Part shown: positions 47,914-56,857 of the stretch, piece after piece | Position numbering within the stretch: the first letter of the stretch is position 1 | Layout of the letters: the number at the start of each line of letters is the position of its first letter | NCBI GenBank assembly: GCA_963664435.2 | Contig: CAXXKM010000002.1 | Span: 1,024,001 to 1,088,000 of the forward strand | DNA length: 64,000 nt | Source: Longimicrobiales bacterium | GTDB lineage: Bacteria; Gemmatimonadota; Gemmatimonadetes; Longimicrobiales; Gaopeijiaceae | Reading direction: 5' to 3' | Notes under the pieces: model-generated | The model's input: the letters and a program-made list of their open reading frames with translations, nothing else | Told to the model about the DNA's origin: nothing | Database searches by the model: none | Made by a program: the position numbers and the translations under genes

Positions 47914-49674
47914 ATGGACGCGCACGCGCACGCCCACGAGATGCCGTGGATTCGGCGCTACATCTTCTCGACCGACCACAAGACCATCGCCATCCAGTTC
48001 CTCCTGATGAGCCTGTTCTTCCTGGTCGTGGGGGGATTGCTGGCGATGATGATCCGGTGGCAGCTGGGCTTCCCGAGCGAGCCCATGCCCGGAGGCATGC
48101 TCCTGCCCGACGAGATGATGGCGCCCACGCCCGACGGGGCCATCATGCTGCCCGAGTTCTACAACTCGCTGGTCACCATGCACGGCACCATCATGATCTT
48201 CTTCGCGATCATGCCGCTGCTGGTGGGGGTCTTCGGCAACCTGCTGATCCCGCTTCAGATCGGTGCCGACGACATGGCCTTCCCGCGCCTCAACATGGCG
48301 TCATTCTGGATGGCGTTCCCGGCGGGGCTGCTGATGCTCGCGAGCTTCGCGGTCGAAGGGGGCGCGGCCGGCGCGGGCTGGACGTCCTACGCCCCGCTCA
48401 GCGCGAGCGGTGAGTACACCGGCGTCTACCTGGGGCAGCAGCTCTGGCTGATCAGCCTCACCATCCTGGGCTTCGCGTCGCTGGCGGGCGCGGTCAACTA
48501 CATCACGACCATCATCAACATGCGCGCGCCGGGGATGACCTGGTTCCGGTTGCCGCTGGCCACCTGGGCGCTCTTCATCACCGCGATCCTGATCCTGCTG
48601 GCGATTCCGATCCTGGCGGGCGCGCTGATCATGCTGCTCTTCGACCAGACCATCGGGACCGGGTTCTTTCTGCCGGCCAGCGACGGCGAGCCGCTCCTCT
48701 GGCAGCACCTGTTCTGGTTCTTCGGACACCCGGAGGTCTACATCCTCATCCTGCCCGCCATGGGCATCACCTCCGACGTCCTGGCCAACGGCGCGCGCAA
48801 GCCCGTCTTCGGCTACCACGCCATGGTGCTGGCGATCGTCTCCATCGCCTTCCTGTCCTGGATCGTGTGGGGGCACCACATGTTCCAGAGCGGGATGAAC
48901 CCGATGCTCGGCACCACCTTCATGATCACGACCATGGTCATTGCGGTGCCGTCGGCCATCAAGGTGTTCAACTGGCTGGGGACCATCTACAAGGGGAATA
49001 TTCACCTGCACACCCCCATGCTGCACGCCCTGGGCTTCGTGTCGATGTTCATCATCGGCGGGCTCTCCGGCGTGTTCATGGCCTCGACCCCGGTCGACGT
49101 CTACATCCACGACACCTACTTCATCGTGGCGCACATCCACTACGTGCTCTTCGGCGGCAGCCTGTTCGCGATCTTCGCCGGCGTCACGTTCTGGTACCCG
49201 AAGATGTTCGGCCGCCTCATGAACGAGAAGTGGGGCAGGATTCACTTCGTGCTCACCCTGATCCTGTACAACCTCGTGTTCTGGCCCATGCACTCGATCG
49301 GGATCCAGGGACACATGCGGCGCATCTACGATCCCACGCAGTACGAGTTCCTGCAGCCCCTGCAGCCCATCAACCAGTTCATCACGGTGGCCGTCTTCGC
49401 ACTGGTGGCGGTTCAGGCGATCTACGCCCTCAACTTCATCATCAGCATCTGGAAGGGGAAAAAGGCCGGCAACAACCCGTGGAAGGCCAACTCCCTGGAG
49501 TGGACGGTGCCGTCGCCGCCGCCGCACGGAAACTTCGAAATGGTGCCCATCGTGTACCGCGGGCCCTACGAGTACTCCGCGCCGGATGTGGAAGAGGACT
49601 ACTGGTTGCAGGATGCGCCCCCGCCCAGCGAGACGGTCGCGCCTGTTCCCGAACCCCAGCCCGTGGCGGACTAA
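47914..49674 (+). CDS. coxA: Cytochrome c oxidase subunit I, A1 type
   Basis: TDHK, TMHG, DMAFPRLN, WFFGHPEVY, WGHHMF, PSAIK, HDTY, VAHIHY and MRR motifs. Confidence 0.97.
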   Translation: MDAHAHAHEMPWIRRYIFSTDHKTIAIQFLLMSLFFLVVGGLLAMMIRWQLGFPSEPMPGGMLLPDEMMAPTPDGAIMLPEFYNSLVTMHGTIMIFFAIMPLLVGVFGNLLIPLQIGADDMAFPRLNMASFWMAFPAGLLMLASFAVEGGAAGAGWTSYAPLSASGEYTGVYLGQQLWLISLTILGFASLAGAVNYITTIINMRAPGMTWFRLPLATWALFITAILILLAIPILAGALIMLLFDQTIGTGFFLPASDGEPLLWQHLFWFFGHPEVYILILPAMGITSDVLANGARKPVFGYHAMVLAIVSIAFLSWIVWGHHMFQSGMNPMLGTTFMITTMVIAVPSAIKVFNWLGTIYKGNIHLHTPMLHALGFVSMFIIGGLSGVFMASTPVDVYIHDTYFIVAHIHYVLFGGSLFAIFAGVTFWYPKMFGRLMNEKWGRIHFVLTLILYNLVFWPMHSIGIQGHMRRIYDPTQYEFLQPLQPINQFITVAVFALVAVQAIYALNFIISIWKGKKAGNNPWKANSLEWTVPSPPPHGNFEMVPIVYRGPYEYSAPDVEEDYWLQDAPPPSETVAPVPEPQPVAD

Positions 49675-49750
49675 CCCGATGCCCGTCTTCGTTTCGTCGG
49701 CGGAGCCGCATTCTCTCCAGTGACCTGGAACTTCAGGAGATAGCTGACGC

Positions 49751-50386
49751 ATGAGCCAAGCAGCCGCATCGACAGCCGACCGGCACCCCATGCCGGGGAT
49801 GATGGTCTACAACGTCAAGCTGGGAATGTGGATCTTCCTGCTGTCGGAAGTGATGTTCTTCACGGCCCTGATCGGGTCGTACATCATCCTGCGATTCGCC
49901 CACCCGGATCATTTCGCCGAGCCCGGAGCGGTGTTGAACGTGCCGCTCACGGCCTTCAACACCTTCGTCCTGATCTGTTCGAGCGTGTCGATGGTCAAGG
50001 CTTACGCCGCGATCACGCAGGGCGATCAGAAGGGGCTCAAGTTCTGGCTCCTGATAACGATTCTCCTCGGCACCTTCTTTGTCGGGGTTCAGGTGGTCGA
50101 GTACATCCTGTTGGCCCAGGAGGGATTCGTTCCCGTCGCGGAGCTGTACGGCGTCGCGCACGAGATCGAGGGAGCCGCCCTGTACGGCGCCACCTTCTAT
50201 ACGATGACGGGATTCCACGGCACCCACGTCACGATCGGAATCCTGTGCATGTGGTTCGTGCTGTACCGGGCGTGGCAGGGCAAGTACTCGGCTGACAACT
50301 ACGGAGCGGTGGAGATCGTGGGTCTCTACTGGCACTTCGTCGACCTGGTCTGGATCCTTCTGTTCACCATCGTATACCTGATCTGA
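49751..50386 (+). CDS. coxC: Cytochrome c oxidase subunit III
   Basis: GMWIFLLSEVMFF, TGFHGTHV and LYWHFVDLVW. Confidence 0.95.
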   Translation: MSQAAASTADRHPMPGMMVYNVKLGMWIFLLSEVMFFTALIGSYIILRFAHPDHFAEPGAVLNVPLTAFNTFVLICSSVSMVKAYAAITQGDQKGLKFWLLITILLGTFFVGVQVVEYILLAQEGFVPVAELYGVAHEIEGAALYGATFYTMTGFHGTHVTIGILCMWFVLYRAWQGKYSADNYGAVEIVGLYWHFVDLVWILLFTIVYLI

Positions 50387-50429
50387 TCATCGGGGCGGGC
50401 CGCCGCTCGAAACCCAAGGAGATACCCGG

Positions 50430-50696
50430 ATGGCAGGCAACGGAGAACAACCCAGATATTTCCTGATCTGGTTCGTACTGTTCGTTCTGACGATGGCGGA
50501 GGTGGGATACGCATTCCTCGCCCTGCCCCAGTGGCTGCTCGCCACAGGCTTGATCCTGATGGCGGTTTGGAAGGCTCTGCTGGTGGCGCTCTACTACATG
50601 CACCTGAAATACGAGCCCAAGCGACTCTGGCTTCTGGCCGCCAGCCCGTTGCCGCTGGCGGTGATTCTGGTGATCGCCGTTCTGACGGAGTTCTGA
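50430..50696 (+). CDS. coxD: Cytochrome c oxidase subunit IV family protein
   Basis: LTMAEV and KALLVALYYMHLKYE; three TM. Confidence 0.9.
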   Translation: MAGNGEQPRYFLIWFVLFVLTMAEVGYAFLALPQWLLATGLILMAVWKALLVALYYMHLKYEPKRLWLLAASPLPLAVILVIAVLTEF

Positions 50697-50758
50697 TCGG
50701 CTGACGGCGAGGAGGGCCGCCGGCCGAGCGAGCCGCGCCGCTCTTCCAACAGCCACGC

Positions 50759-50800
50759 AAAGCCCTGACCGTGCCCGGTGCGGCGCGGTCAGGGCTTTCT
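50759..50800 (+). terminator. Intrinsic terminator ending the oxidase cluster
   Basis: 17-bp stem AAAGCCCTGACCGTGCC / GGCGCGGTCAGGGCTTT (one G-U pair), 6-nt loop, ending TTTCT. Confidence 0.75.
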
Positions 50801-50924
50801 GGTGGGTGGATCCGCCCACTCTTGCGGCACCGGGGCCTCCGGGCCCAACCTCACTGATAGCCATGGGCCATGTCGCGCGTTCGGGGACGCTGGTCTACGC
50901 CGGTCCAACTGAAGGAGGCAGTCC

Positions 50925-51881
50925 ATGTTCATGAAGCGGTTCTTCTATCCGGGAGCCCTGTCGGGCATGCTCGGCGCCGTTGCGATGGCGCTGTGGTTTC
51001 TGGCCATCGACGCCTCACAGGGGCAGCCCTTCCGCACCCCGGCGTTCCTGGAAGCCGCCCTCCTGGGTCGTGACACGGTCGCCGTGGCTCCGGGCAACGT
51101 CGTGCTCTACTCCGTGATCCACCTGGCGCTCTTCGCGCTGGCCGGTGTGGCGGTCGCCTGGCTGCTGGGCAGGATCAAGGCGGTGCCCGGCGTGCTTGCG
51201 GGGCTGATCGTCGGATTCGTGCTGTACGAGCTGGTGTTCTTTGCGAGCGTAGCGGTGACCGGGGTGGACATCGTCGAGAACCTGGGCTGGCTGGAGTATC
51301 TGACCGGCAACCTGATCGCGGGCGTAACGCTGGTCGGCTACCTGCACATGATGGGGGCGGCCCCGGAGGTTCACTGGTGGTCGATCATGCGCCGCCAGCA
51401 CATCCTGACGGAGGGGATCGTCGCGGGCCTGATCGGCGCGGCCGTGGTGGCCGTCTGGTTCCTGATCTTCGACGCGGTTTCGGGTCAGCCCTTCTTCACG
51501 CCGAGCGCCCTCGGCTCGGCCCTGTTCTTCGGGGTCACCGACCTCGACGCCGTCTCGATCCACATGGGGGCGGTGGTGGGCTATTCCGCCGTGCACCTTG
51601 GCGCGTTCGCGGTGATGGGGGTGGTCGCGTCGGCCGTCCTTACGCAGGCGGAGGAAGTTCCACCACTCCTGCTCGGCGCCGTGCTCCTGTTCGTCGCCTT
51701 CGAGGCCGCCTTCATGGGCTTCATCGCGCTCGGCGCCGAGTTCCTGCTGGGTCCCCTGGCCTGGACCTCGATCGCCTTCGCGAACGTGCTGGCCGCGGGC
51801 GGGATGGGCTACTATCTGTGGCGCAAGCACCCGAAGCTGCGCGCCGCCTTTGCCGCGAATCCGCTCGACAGGACAGCCTGA
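50925..51881 (+). CDS. Internally duplicated polytopic membrane protein
   Basis: Two repeats of G..GA..A.WFL..D...GQPF.TP..L..AL followed by YS..HL..F; AAGGAGG RBS. Confidence 0.85.
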   Translation: MFMKRFFYPGALSGMLGAVAMALWFLAIDASQGQPFRTPAFLEAALLGRDTVAVAPGNVVLYSVIHLALFALAGVAVAWLLGRIKAVPGVLAGLIVGFVLYELVFFASVAVTGVDIVENLGWLEYLTGNLIAGVTLVGYLHMMGAAPEVHWWSIMRRQHILTEGIVAGLIGAAVVAVWFLIFDAVSGQPFFTPSALGSALFFGVTDLDAVSIHMGAVVGYSAVHLGAFAVMGVVASAVLTQAEEVPPLLLGAVLLFVAFEAAFMGFIALGAEFLLGPLAWTSIAFANVLAAGGMGYYLWRKHPKLRAAFAANPLDRTA

Positions 51882-51994
51882 GGGGGACGCCGGCGCCAGG
51901 CGCCCGGGCTGGATGAGCGGCGCGAACCCCTGCCGGGAGTCGGCGGGCCCGGAGCGCGGCCCTGGCGAGCGGCCTGCGAACCGACCGCGTTTTC

Positions 51995-53749
51995 CTACCG
52001 CCCGCGCACCTCGTGCCGCCGCAGCACCCGCCCCGGGAGGGCGCCGGTAAGCTCGCCTCCGTCGACCACGGCCTCGCCGTTCACGAACACGTACTCGATC
52101 CCCTCGTTTCCGCCGCCCGGATTGAGGATCGTCGCGTGGTCCTGCACCCGGGGATAGTCGAAGGCGACCAGGTCGGCCTTCTGTCCCGGACGGATGTACC
52201 CGCGGTCGGGAAGCCCGATGATCTGCGCGGGCAGGCCGGTCGAGGAGCGCACGAAGAACGGCAGCGTGATCGTGCCCTTGTCGCGGACGTAGGTCGCGAT
52301 CTTGTGCGGGTAGGTGCCGTAGTAGCGGGGATGCTGTCCGGGAGCCGGGTTCGGGACGATCCCCCCATCCGTGCCGGTCGCCGTGAAGTCCTGGCGCATG
52401 TAGCGCTCGACATCCTCCGGGCTTCCCGCCAGGGGACGGAAGCGAACGCCCGAGCGAAGCGAGGGTTCGCTGTCGAGCGCGAAGTGGATGACCTGCTCCA
52501 CCGGCGTCAGCCCGTTGGCCTTGGCAACCTCCGCCAGGGTGCGGCCGACGAGTGACTCGTCCTGCGGCGAGATGACGATGATGTGCCGGTCCGCGCCGCC
52601 CTGGAGGTCGAGGATGTACTCGATGTCCGTGACCATTTCACGGTGGAGGTCGGGGTCTTCCATATGGGCGCGCAGGTTCTCCTTGTAGTTCCCGAAGAGG
52701 TCGTCGTCGCCGCCCCGCCACCTGGGATCGTCGAGCCCGCCCTCCCGGCTCTCGCCCGGGGGCGCGTAGTACCATGCGGGGATGACCACGGCCGAGCCGC
52801 CCCCGAAGGTCTCGTAGGGATACTGGTCCAGGTAGACCTGGACGCCTTCCGCGCGGGCTCGCCGGATCGCGGCCACGTCGGTCGCCGACTGGCCCCAGGT
52901 GGTCGGGCCCTTCGCCTTGATGTGGGTGCCGACCACGCGGATGCCGGTCTCGCGCCCGATGCGGATGGTTTCGTGCATGCCGTCGGTGGCCGTGAGTCTC
53001 CAGCCCGGCGGCCAGGTCGGGGGCGGCGTGTACTCGTCCACGATGCTCGGGGTGAGCCACAGCGGAAGCGGGGACTGGCTGCGCTGGTGGGAGTAGTAGA
53101 AGCCGTCGTAGTCGGCCACCACGTGTGCGAGAGCGATGATCTCCCCGGTCGTGGAGAAGCGTCCGGGCCGGTACTCGGGTCCCGCGCCCAGCCCCCAGGC
53201 TCCGGCTTCCATCCCCTTGCGGACCTCGGCGACCATCACCGCGATCTCGTCCGGGGTCGCGTGGCGCTCGTAGTCGTCACCCATCGCGACGGTCCGAACC
53301 GTGGCGTGGCCGACCATCGGAATCACGTTCAGCGCCGTGCCCCCGTTCTCGTATCCGGCGATCTCATCTTCCAGGGGCCAGGCGGGATTTCGCCCGTCCG
53401 GCCCGAACACGACGGTCGTGATCCCCTGGGCGACCAGGTTGGATGCCCGCCGGATCTCGATGTCCCCGTTGAACAGGCTGCGGTCGGCATGCGAATGCAT
53501 GTCGATGAAGCCGGGCGTGACGTGGAGGCCGGTGGCGTCGATCTCGCGCGCCGCGCTCGCCCCGGCCAGGTCGCCCACCGCAACGATTTCGCCTCCGGCA
53601 ATGCCGACATCCGCCACGAAAGCCGGATTGCCGGTCCCGTCCATCACCCGTCCGCCCCGTATCAGCAGGTCGAAGGACTGGGCATGGCCAGCGAGGGGAT
53701 TGCCGGCGATGGCGAGCAGGACGGCGAGCGAAAACGTGATGCGGCGCAT
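51995..53749 (-). CDS. Exported N-acyl-D-amino-acid deacylase-family amidohydrolase
   Basis: Signal peptide; FDLLIRGGRVMDGTG, PGFIDMHSH, GTDG, HPRYYGTYP and ADLVAFD. Confidence 0.88.
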   Translation of the reverse strand: MRRITFSLAVLLAIAGNPLAGHAQSFDLLIRGGRVMDGTGNPAFVADVGIAGGEIVAVGDLAGASAAREIDATGLHVTPGFIDMHSHADRSLFNGDIEIRRASNLVAQGITTVVFGPDGRNPAWPLEDEIAGYENGGTALNVIPMVGHATVRTVAMGDDYERHATPDEIAVMVAEVRKGMEAGAWGLGAGPEYRPGRFSTTGEIIALAHVVADYDGFYYSHQRSQSPLPLWLTPSIVDEYTPPPTWPPGWRLTATDGMHETIRIGRETGIRVVGTHIKAKGPTTWGQSATDVAAIRRARAEGVQVYLDQYPYETFGGGSAVVIPAWYYAPPGESREGGLDDPRWRGGDDDLFGNYKENLRAHMEDPDLHREMVTDIEYILDLQGGADRHIIVISPQDESLVGRTLAEVAKANGLTPVEQVIHFALDSEPSLRSGVRFRPLAGSPEDVERYMRQDFTATGTDGGIVPNPAPGQHPRYYGTYPHKIATYVRDKGTITLPFFVRSSTGLPAQIIGLPDRGYIRPGQKADLVAFDYPRVQDHATILNPGGGNEGIEYVFVNGEAVVDGGELTGALPGRVLRRHEVRGR

Positions 53750-53922
53750 GAATCGTTCCTCCCCTGGATTCCCTGACGTGGCCAGAACGGCAGCGGCCTG
53801 ACCGACCTCTCTAACAGAGTACGCGGGCGACAGGGCTCCGGCGAGACGGAGGAAGTGAGCCGGCAAGGGCCGGTGGAAGGAATCCCGCCCGCGAGGTCTC
53901 TTCGCCGGGACGGGTGGCGGGG

Positions 53923-54126
53923 CTACCGCCTCCTGCCCGCGAGAAAGTCTGCCAGCCGGGACAGGTAGTACGCGAGCAGGATGCCCAGCGTCAGGAAGAC
54001 GATCCCCAGAAGGAGATCGCCGAGCGAGGACGAGCGCGAGTACTGGACGAACTCGTAGGCCGCGAATGCGAGGCAGAACGTGATGCCCGAGTAGATGAGA
54101 AAGCGGTGGAAGCCGATCAGGGACAT
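53923..54126 (-). CDS. Small 2-TM membrane protein
   Basis: MSLIGFHRFLI, two hydrophobic helices. Confidence 0.7.
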   Translation of the reverse strand: MSLIGFHRFLIYSGITFCLAFAAYEFVQYSRSSSLGDLLLGIVFLTLGILLAYYLSRLADFLAGRRR

Positions 54127-54204
54127 GAGGTAGTGTGGTTTCCCCCAGGCGCGACGTTACGCAGCCGGGCGCCTTCGAGTGATGGCGGAATTTCGTCCGA
54201 TGCG

Positions 54205-54459
54205 TCAGAGGTTGTCGACGGCAATGGCTTCGTCGATGAGCATGATGGGAATTCCGTCCCGTATCGGGTACAGGACGGCGCCGTCCTCCCGGACCAGGCC
54301 CGCCTTCACCGGATCGGTCAGGAGTTCGCCGCGCCGGTTCCGTACCGCACCCCCTTCGACGGCCCGATTGAGGGCGCTCAACAGATCGTCGTCGGCCACG
54401 CGCAGCGGGGTGCGCGTTTCGGGGCAGACGAGGATGTCGAGGAGTTCGGGGTCGAGCAT
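54205..54459 (-). CDS. Trm112-family protein
   Basis: MLDPELLDILVCPE...YPIRDGIPIMLIDEA. Confidence 0.9.
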   Translation of the reverse strand: MLDPELLDILVCPETRTPLRVADDDLLSALNRAVEGGAVRNRRGELLTDPVKAGLVREDGAVLYPIRDGIPIMLIDEAIAVDNL

Positions 54460-54685
54460 GCGGGTTCCCGTACCTGGGTGATCGGTCTGCTCGGAGCGGG
54501 CCTGCGGAGACCGACCTGCCGATTCGCGGGCCTTGTCGTCCGTGTGCGCCCTTCCGCAAAGACATCCATAAGTTATCATTGCTGTCGAATCGATGGAAAC
54601 GTCGTGTCCGTCCGCTGCGCCGGACGGCGTCGACGCCCGATCGGCATCCGGATACGACGATCCACCCACCCTCGGCAGGCAATCG

Positions 54686-55255
54686 ATGTTCTCCCAATCC
54701 GCGCGTCATAAGTCTCGCGACCGGAACCGGCCACGGTCCCCGCACTTCCTTCTGTTTCCGGAGACCCGCCGTCCGCTTCTCGTTCTGTTGCTGTTGGCGC
54801 TGCCGCTGCTGGGCTGTCGCTCGAACGGGTCCGAGGGCGATGCGCAGTCCGGGTCCGAGGCGTCCGAAGCGGTCATGCCGGCGGGCCCCGGCCGCGACCT
54901 TGCCTGGGTGATCATCGGCGCGGATACGGTGGTGGTCGAGGTCGCGCGCACGCCGGATCAACGCAGCCAGGGGCTCAAAGACCGCGACTTTCTCGCGCCC
55001 GGCGCCGGAATGATCTTCGTGTTCGATGACGAGGAAGTCCGGTCCTTCTGGATGCAGGACACCTACATCCCGCTCGACATCGCCTATCTGGACGCGAACG
55101 CCCGCATCATCGACATCCAGCAGATGGAGCCCGAGAGCACGCGCCTCTACACTTCCTCCGGCCCGGCAATGTTCGCGCTGGAGGTGCCGCAGGGCTGGTT
55201 CTCGCAGATGGAGATCGAGGTCGGGGCCCAGGCGGAGATCGTGTTCGGGACCTAG
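54686..55255 (+). CDS. DUF192-family lipoprotein; start uncertain
   Basis: Lipobox LLGC; VEVARTPDQRSQGL, GMIFVF, FWMQDTYIPLDIAY and ALEV. Confidence 0.88.
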   Translation: MFSQSARHKSRDRNRPRSPHFLLFPETRRPLLVLLLLALPLLGCRSNGSEGDAQSGSEASEAVMPAGPGRDLAWVIIGADTVVVEVARTPDQRSQGLKDRDFLAPGAGMIFVFDDEEVRSFWMQDTYIPLDIAYLDANARIIDIQQMEPESTRLYTSSGPAMFALEVPQGWFSQMEIEVGAQAEIVFGT

Positions 55256-55337
55256 TCTCGCTCGATGATGGCCTCGTACACGAGCGGTCTCGGAAGGCGA
55301 TCGAGCGGTGCCCCGCCCTACAGCCCGGTGCGCCCGC

Positions 55338-55757
55338 TCAGCTCCCGGCCCCGCCCATGCGGTGGTCGAGGGTCATGTGGTCCTCATCCATCGTGCCCCA
55401 CAGCACGGCGGCGCCCGCCGCGATGATGATCGACGGATAGAAGAGCACGTTCGCGCCCTCGATGAACCAGCCCCAGGGGTCGAGCACCGATCGCCACACG
55501 GCTACGGCGGTGACGCCCAGGATGAGGAACATCACCGGGTAGGCGCGCCTGCGCCAAAGCCCGAGCACGACCAGCACGCCGAGCAGCGCCTCCGCCACGC
55601 CGAACACGTTGAGGAAGATCGGGCTGCTGCCGATCCCGCCGTAGAACGAGTCGGCAACCGCGACGCCGTGGTCGACGTTGACGAGTTTGTCGAGCCCCCA
55701 CATTACCAGCAGGTATCCCGTGCTGACTCTCAGTACCAGCAGTCCCCAACGTTTCAT
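55338..55757 (-). CDS. DoxX-family membrane protein
   Basis: LLVLRV...WGLDKL...GVAEALLG. Confidence 0.8.
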   Translation of the reverse strand: MKRWGLLVLRVSTGYLLVMWGLDKLVNVDHGVAVADSFYGGIGSSPIFLNVFGVAEALLGVLVVLGLWRRRAYPVMFLILGVTAVAVWRSVLDPWGWFIEGANVLFYPSIIIAAGAAVLWGTMDEDHMTLDHRMGGAGS

Positions 55758-55799
55758 GTCGGCCTCCTGTAGTGAGCGGGTCGTGCCCGGGTGCCGGGA

Positions 55800-56291
55800 T
55801 CAGAAGCCCTCGTCCGCCGACGGCCCGTACATTCCCGGCACCGCGACATCGCACTCGCGCAGGTAGATGGCGAGCTGGGCGCGGTGGTGCACGATGTGGT
55901 TCATGACGAAGAAACGGAATACCAGGCCCTTGGGCATGGTGAAGTGGACGGTGTCGCCGGAGCGAAGGGTCCACATCTCCTGAAAGGTCTCCGCCGAGGC
56001 CGCTTCCAGGGCTTCGCGCGCGTCGGCAATGGTCGCGTCGAAGGCGGCGACGATCTCGGCCGAGTTTGCGAACTGCTGAGGCTCCCAGGGCTGGGACAGG
56101 TCGATCTCGTCCTGCTCGAAGGTCGGCCGGGTCCAGCCTCCCACGGTCGCGACGTGGGTGGCGAGCTCCCGCATGGTCCACGACTTCTCGTGGGGCCTGT
56201 AGTCGAGGTGCTCGTCGGGGATGGCATCGAGCATCCGGCGGGTGTTCGCGTTCTCGTGGTCGAACTCGGGAAGAAGCATGGCTCCTTGCAT
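55800..56291 (-). CDS. DinB-family protein
   Basis: YRPHEKS, LATH, NHIVHHRAQL and VPGMYGPSADE. Confidence 0.88.
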   Translation of the reverse strand: MQGAMLLPEFDHENANTRRMLDAIPDEHLDYRPHEKSWTMRELATHVATVGGWTRPTFEQDEIDLSQPWEPQQFANSAEIVAAFDATIADAREALEAASAETFQEMWTLRSGDTVHFTMPKGLVFRFFVMNHIVHHRAQLAIYLRECDVAVPGMYGPSADEGF

Positions 56292-56425
56292 GTCGGCGTG
56301 TCCTGTGCGAGGGTGCGGGAAGGGCGCGAAAGGCAGGGAACCAATCTAGCGAGCGCGGATCGACTGTGGGAAGCCATCGACCAACCGAACCTCCCGGACG
56401 GGAACAGGGGAGCGACGGGAACGGC

Positions 56426-56857
56426 ATGTCGTCGAATCAGACGGGGGGCGCCGCCGCCCGCCCGCCGGTGGTGGCGGACGCGATGACGATCACGGTTCGT
56501 CCCGAGTACGCGACCCGATACTCCGATCCCCGCGTCTCCCAGTTCGTTTTCACCTACGACGTCACGATCGAGAACGTGGGCGACGAGGTGGCGCAGCTCC
56601 TCTGGCGCCACTGGCTGATCCATGATCCCGTGGCGGGCGATCATGAAGTCGAAGGGGAGGGCGTCGTGGGCGAGTTCCCGATCCTGCGGCCGGGCGAAGC
56701 GCACCGCTACCAGAGTTTCTGCGTACTCCGCGGTCCGAATGGTCACATGGAAGGGTTCTACCACTTCCGGCGGCGGGACGGCTCCGTCTTCCGCGCTCCG
56801 GTCCCGCGCTTTCACTTCCATGCCCCGCCCGAGGCGGCGGGCACCCTTTTGAACTAG
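56426..56857 (+). CDS. apaG: ApaG protein
   Basis: FTYDVTIEN, QLLWRHWLI, GEGVVGEFP and GHMEGFY. Confidence 0.92.
   Translation: MSSNQTGGAAARPPVVADAMTITVRPEYATRYSDPRVSQFVFTYDVTIENVGDEVAQLLWRHWLIHDPVAGDHEVEGEGVVGEFPILRPGEAHRYQSFCVLRGPNGHMEGFYHFRRRDGSVFRAPVPRFHFHAPPEAAGTLLN

Noticed and set aside
47866..47940. GACGCCGAC and CACGCG-type short tandem repeats at the coxB/coxA junction
   Set aside because: They encode ordinary acidic (ADDADD) and His-Ala terminal tails; not a CRISPR or mobile repeat.
53750..54961. Long N-terminal extension of the amidohydrolase ORF (988 aa)
   Set aside because: It overlaps three other genes; a signal peptide and RBS support the start at 53749.
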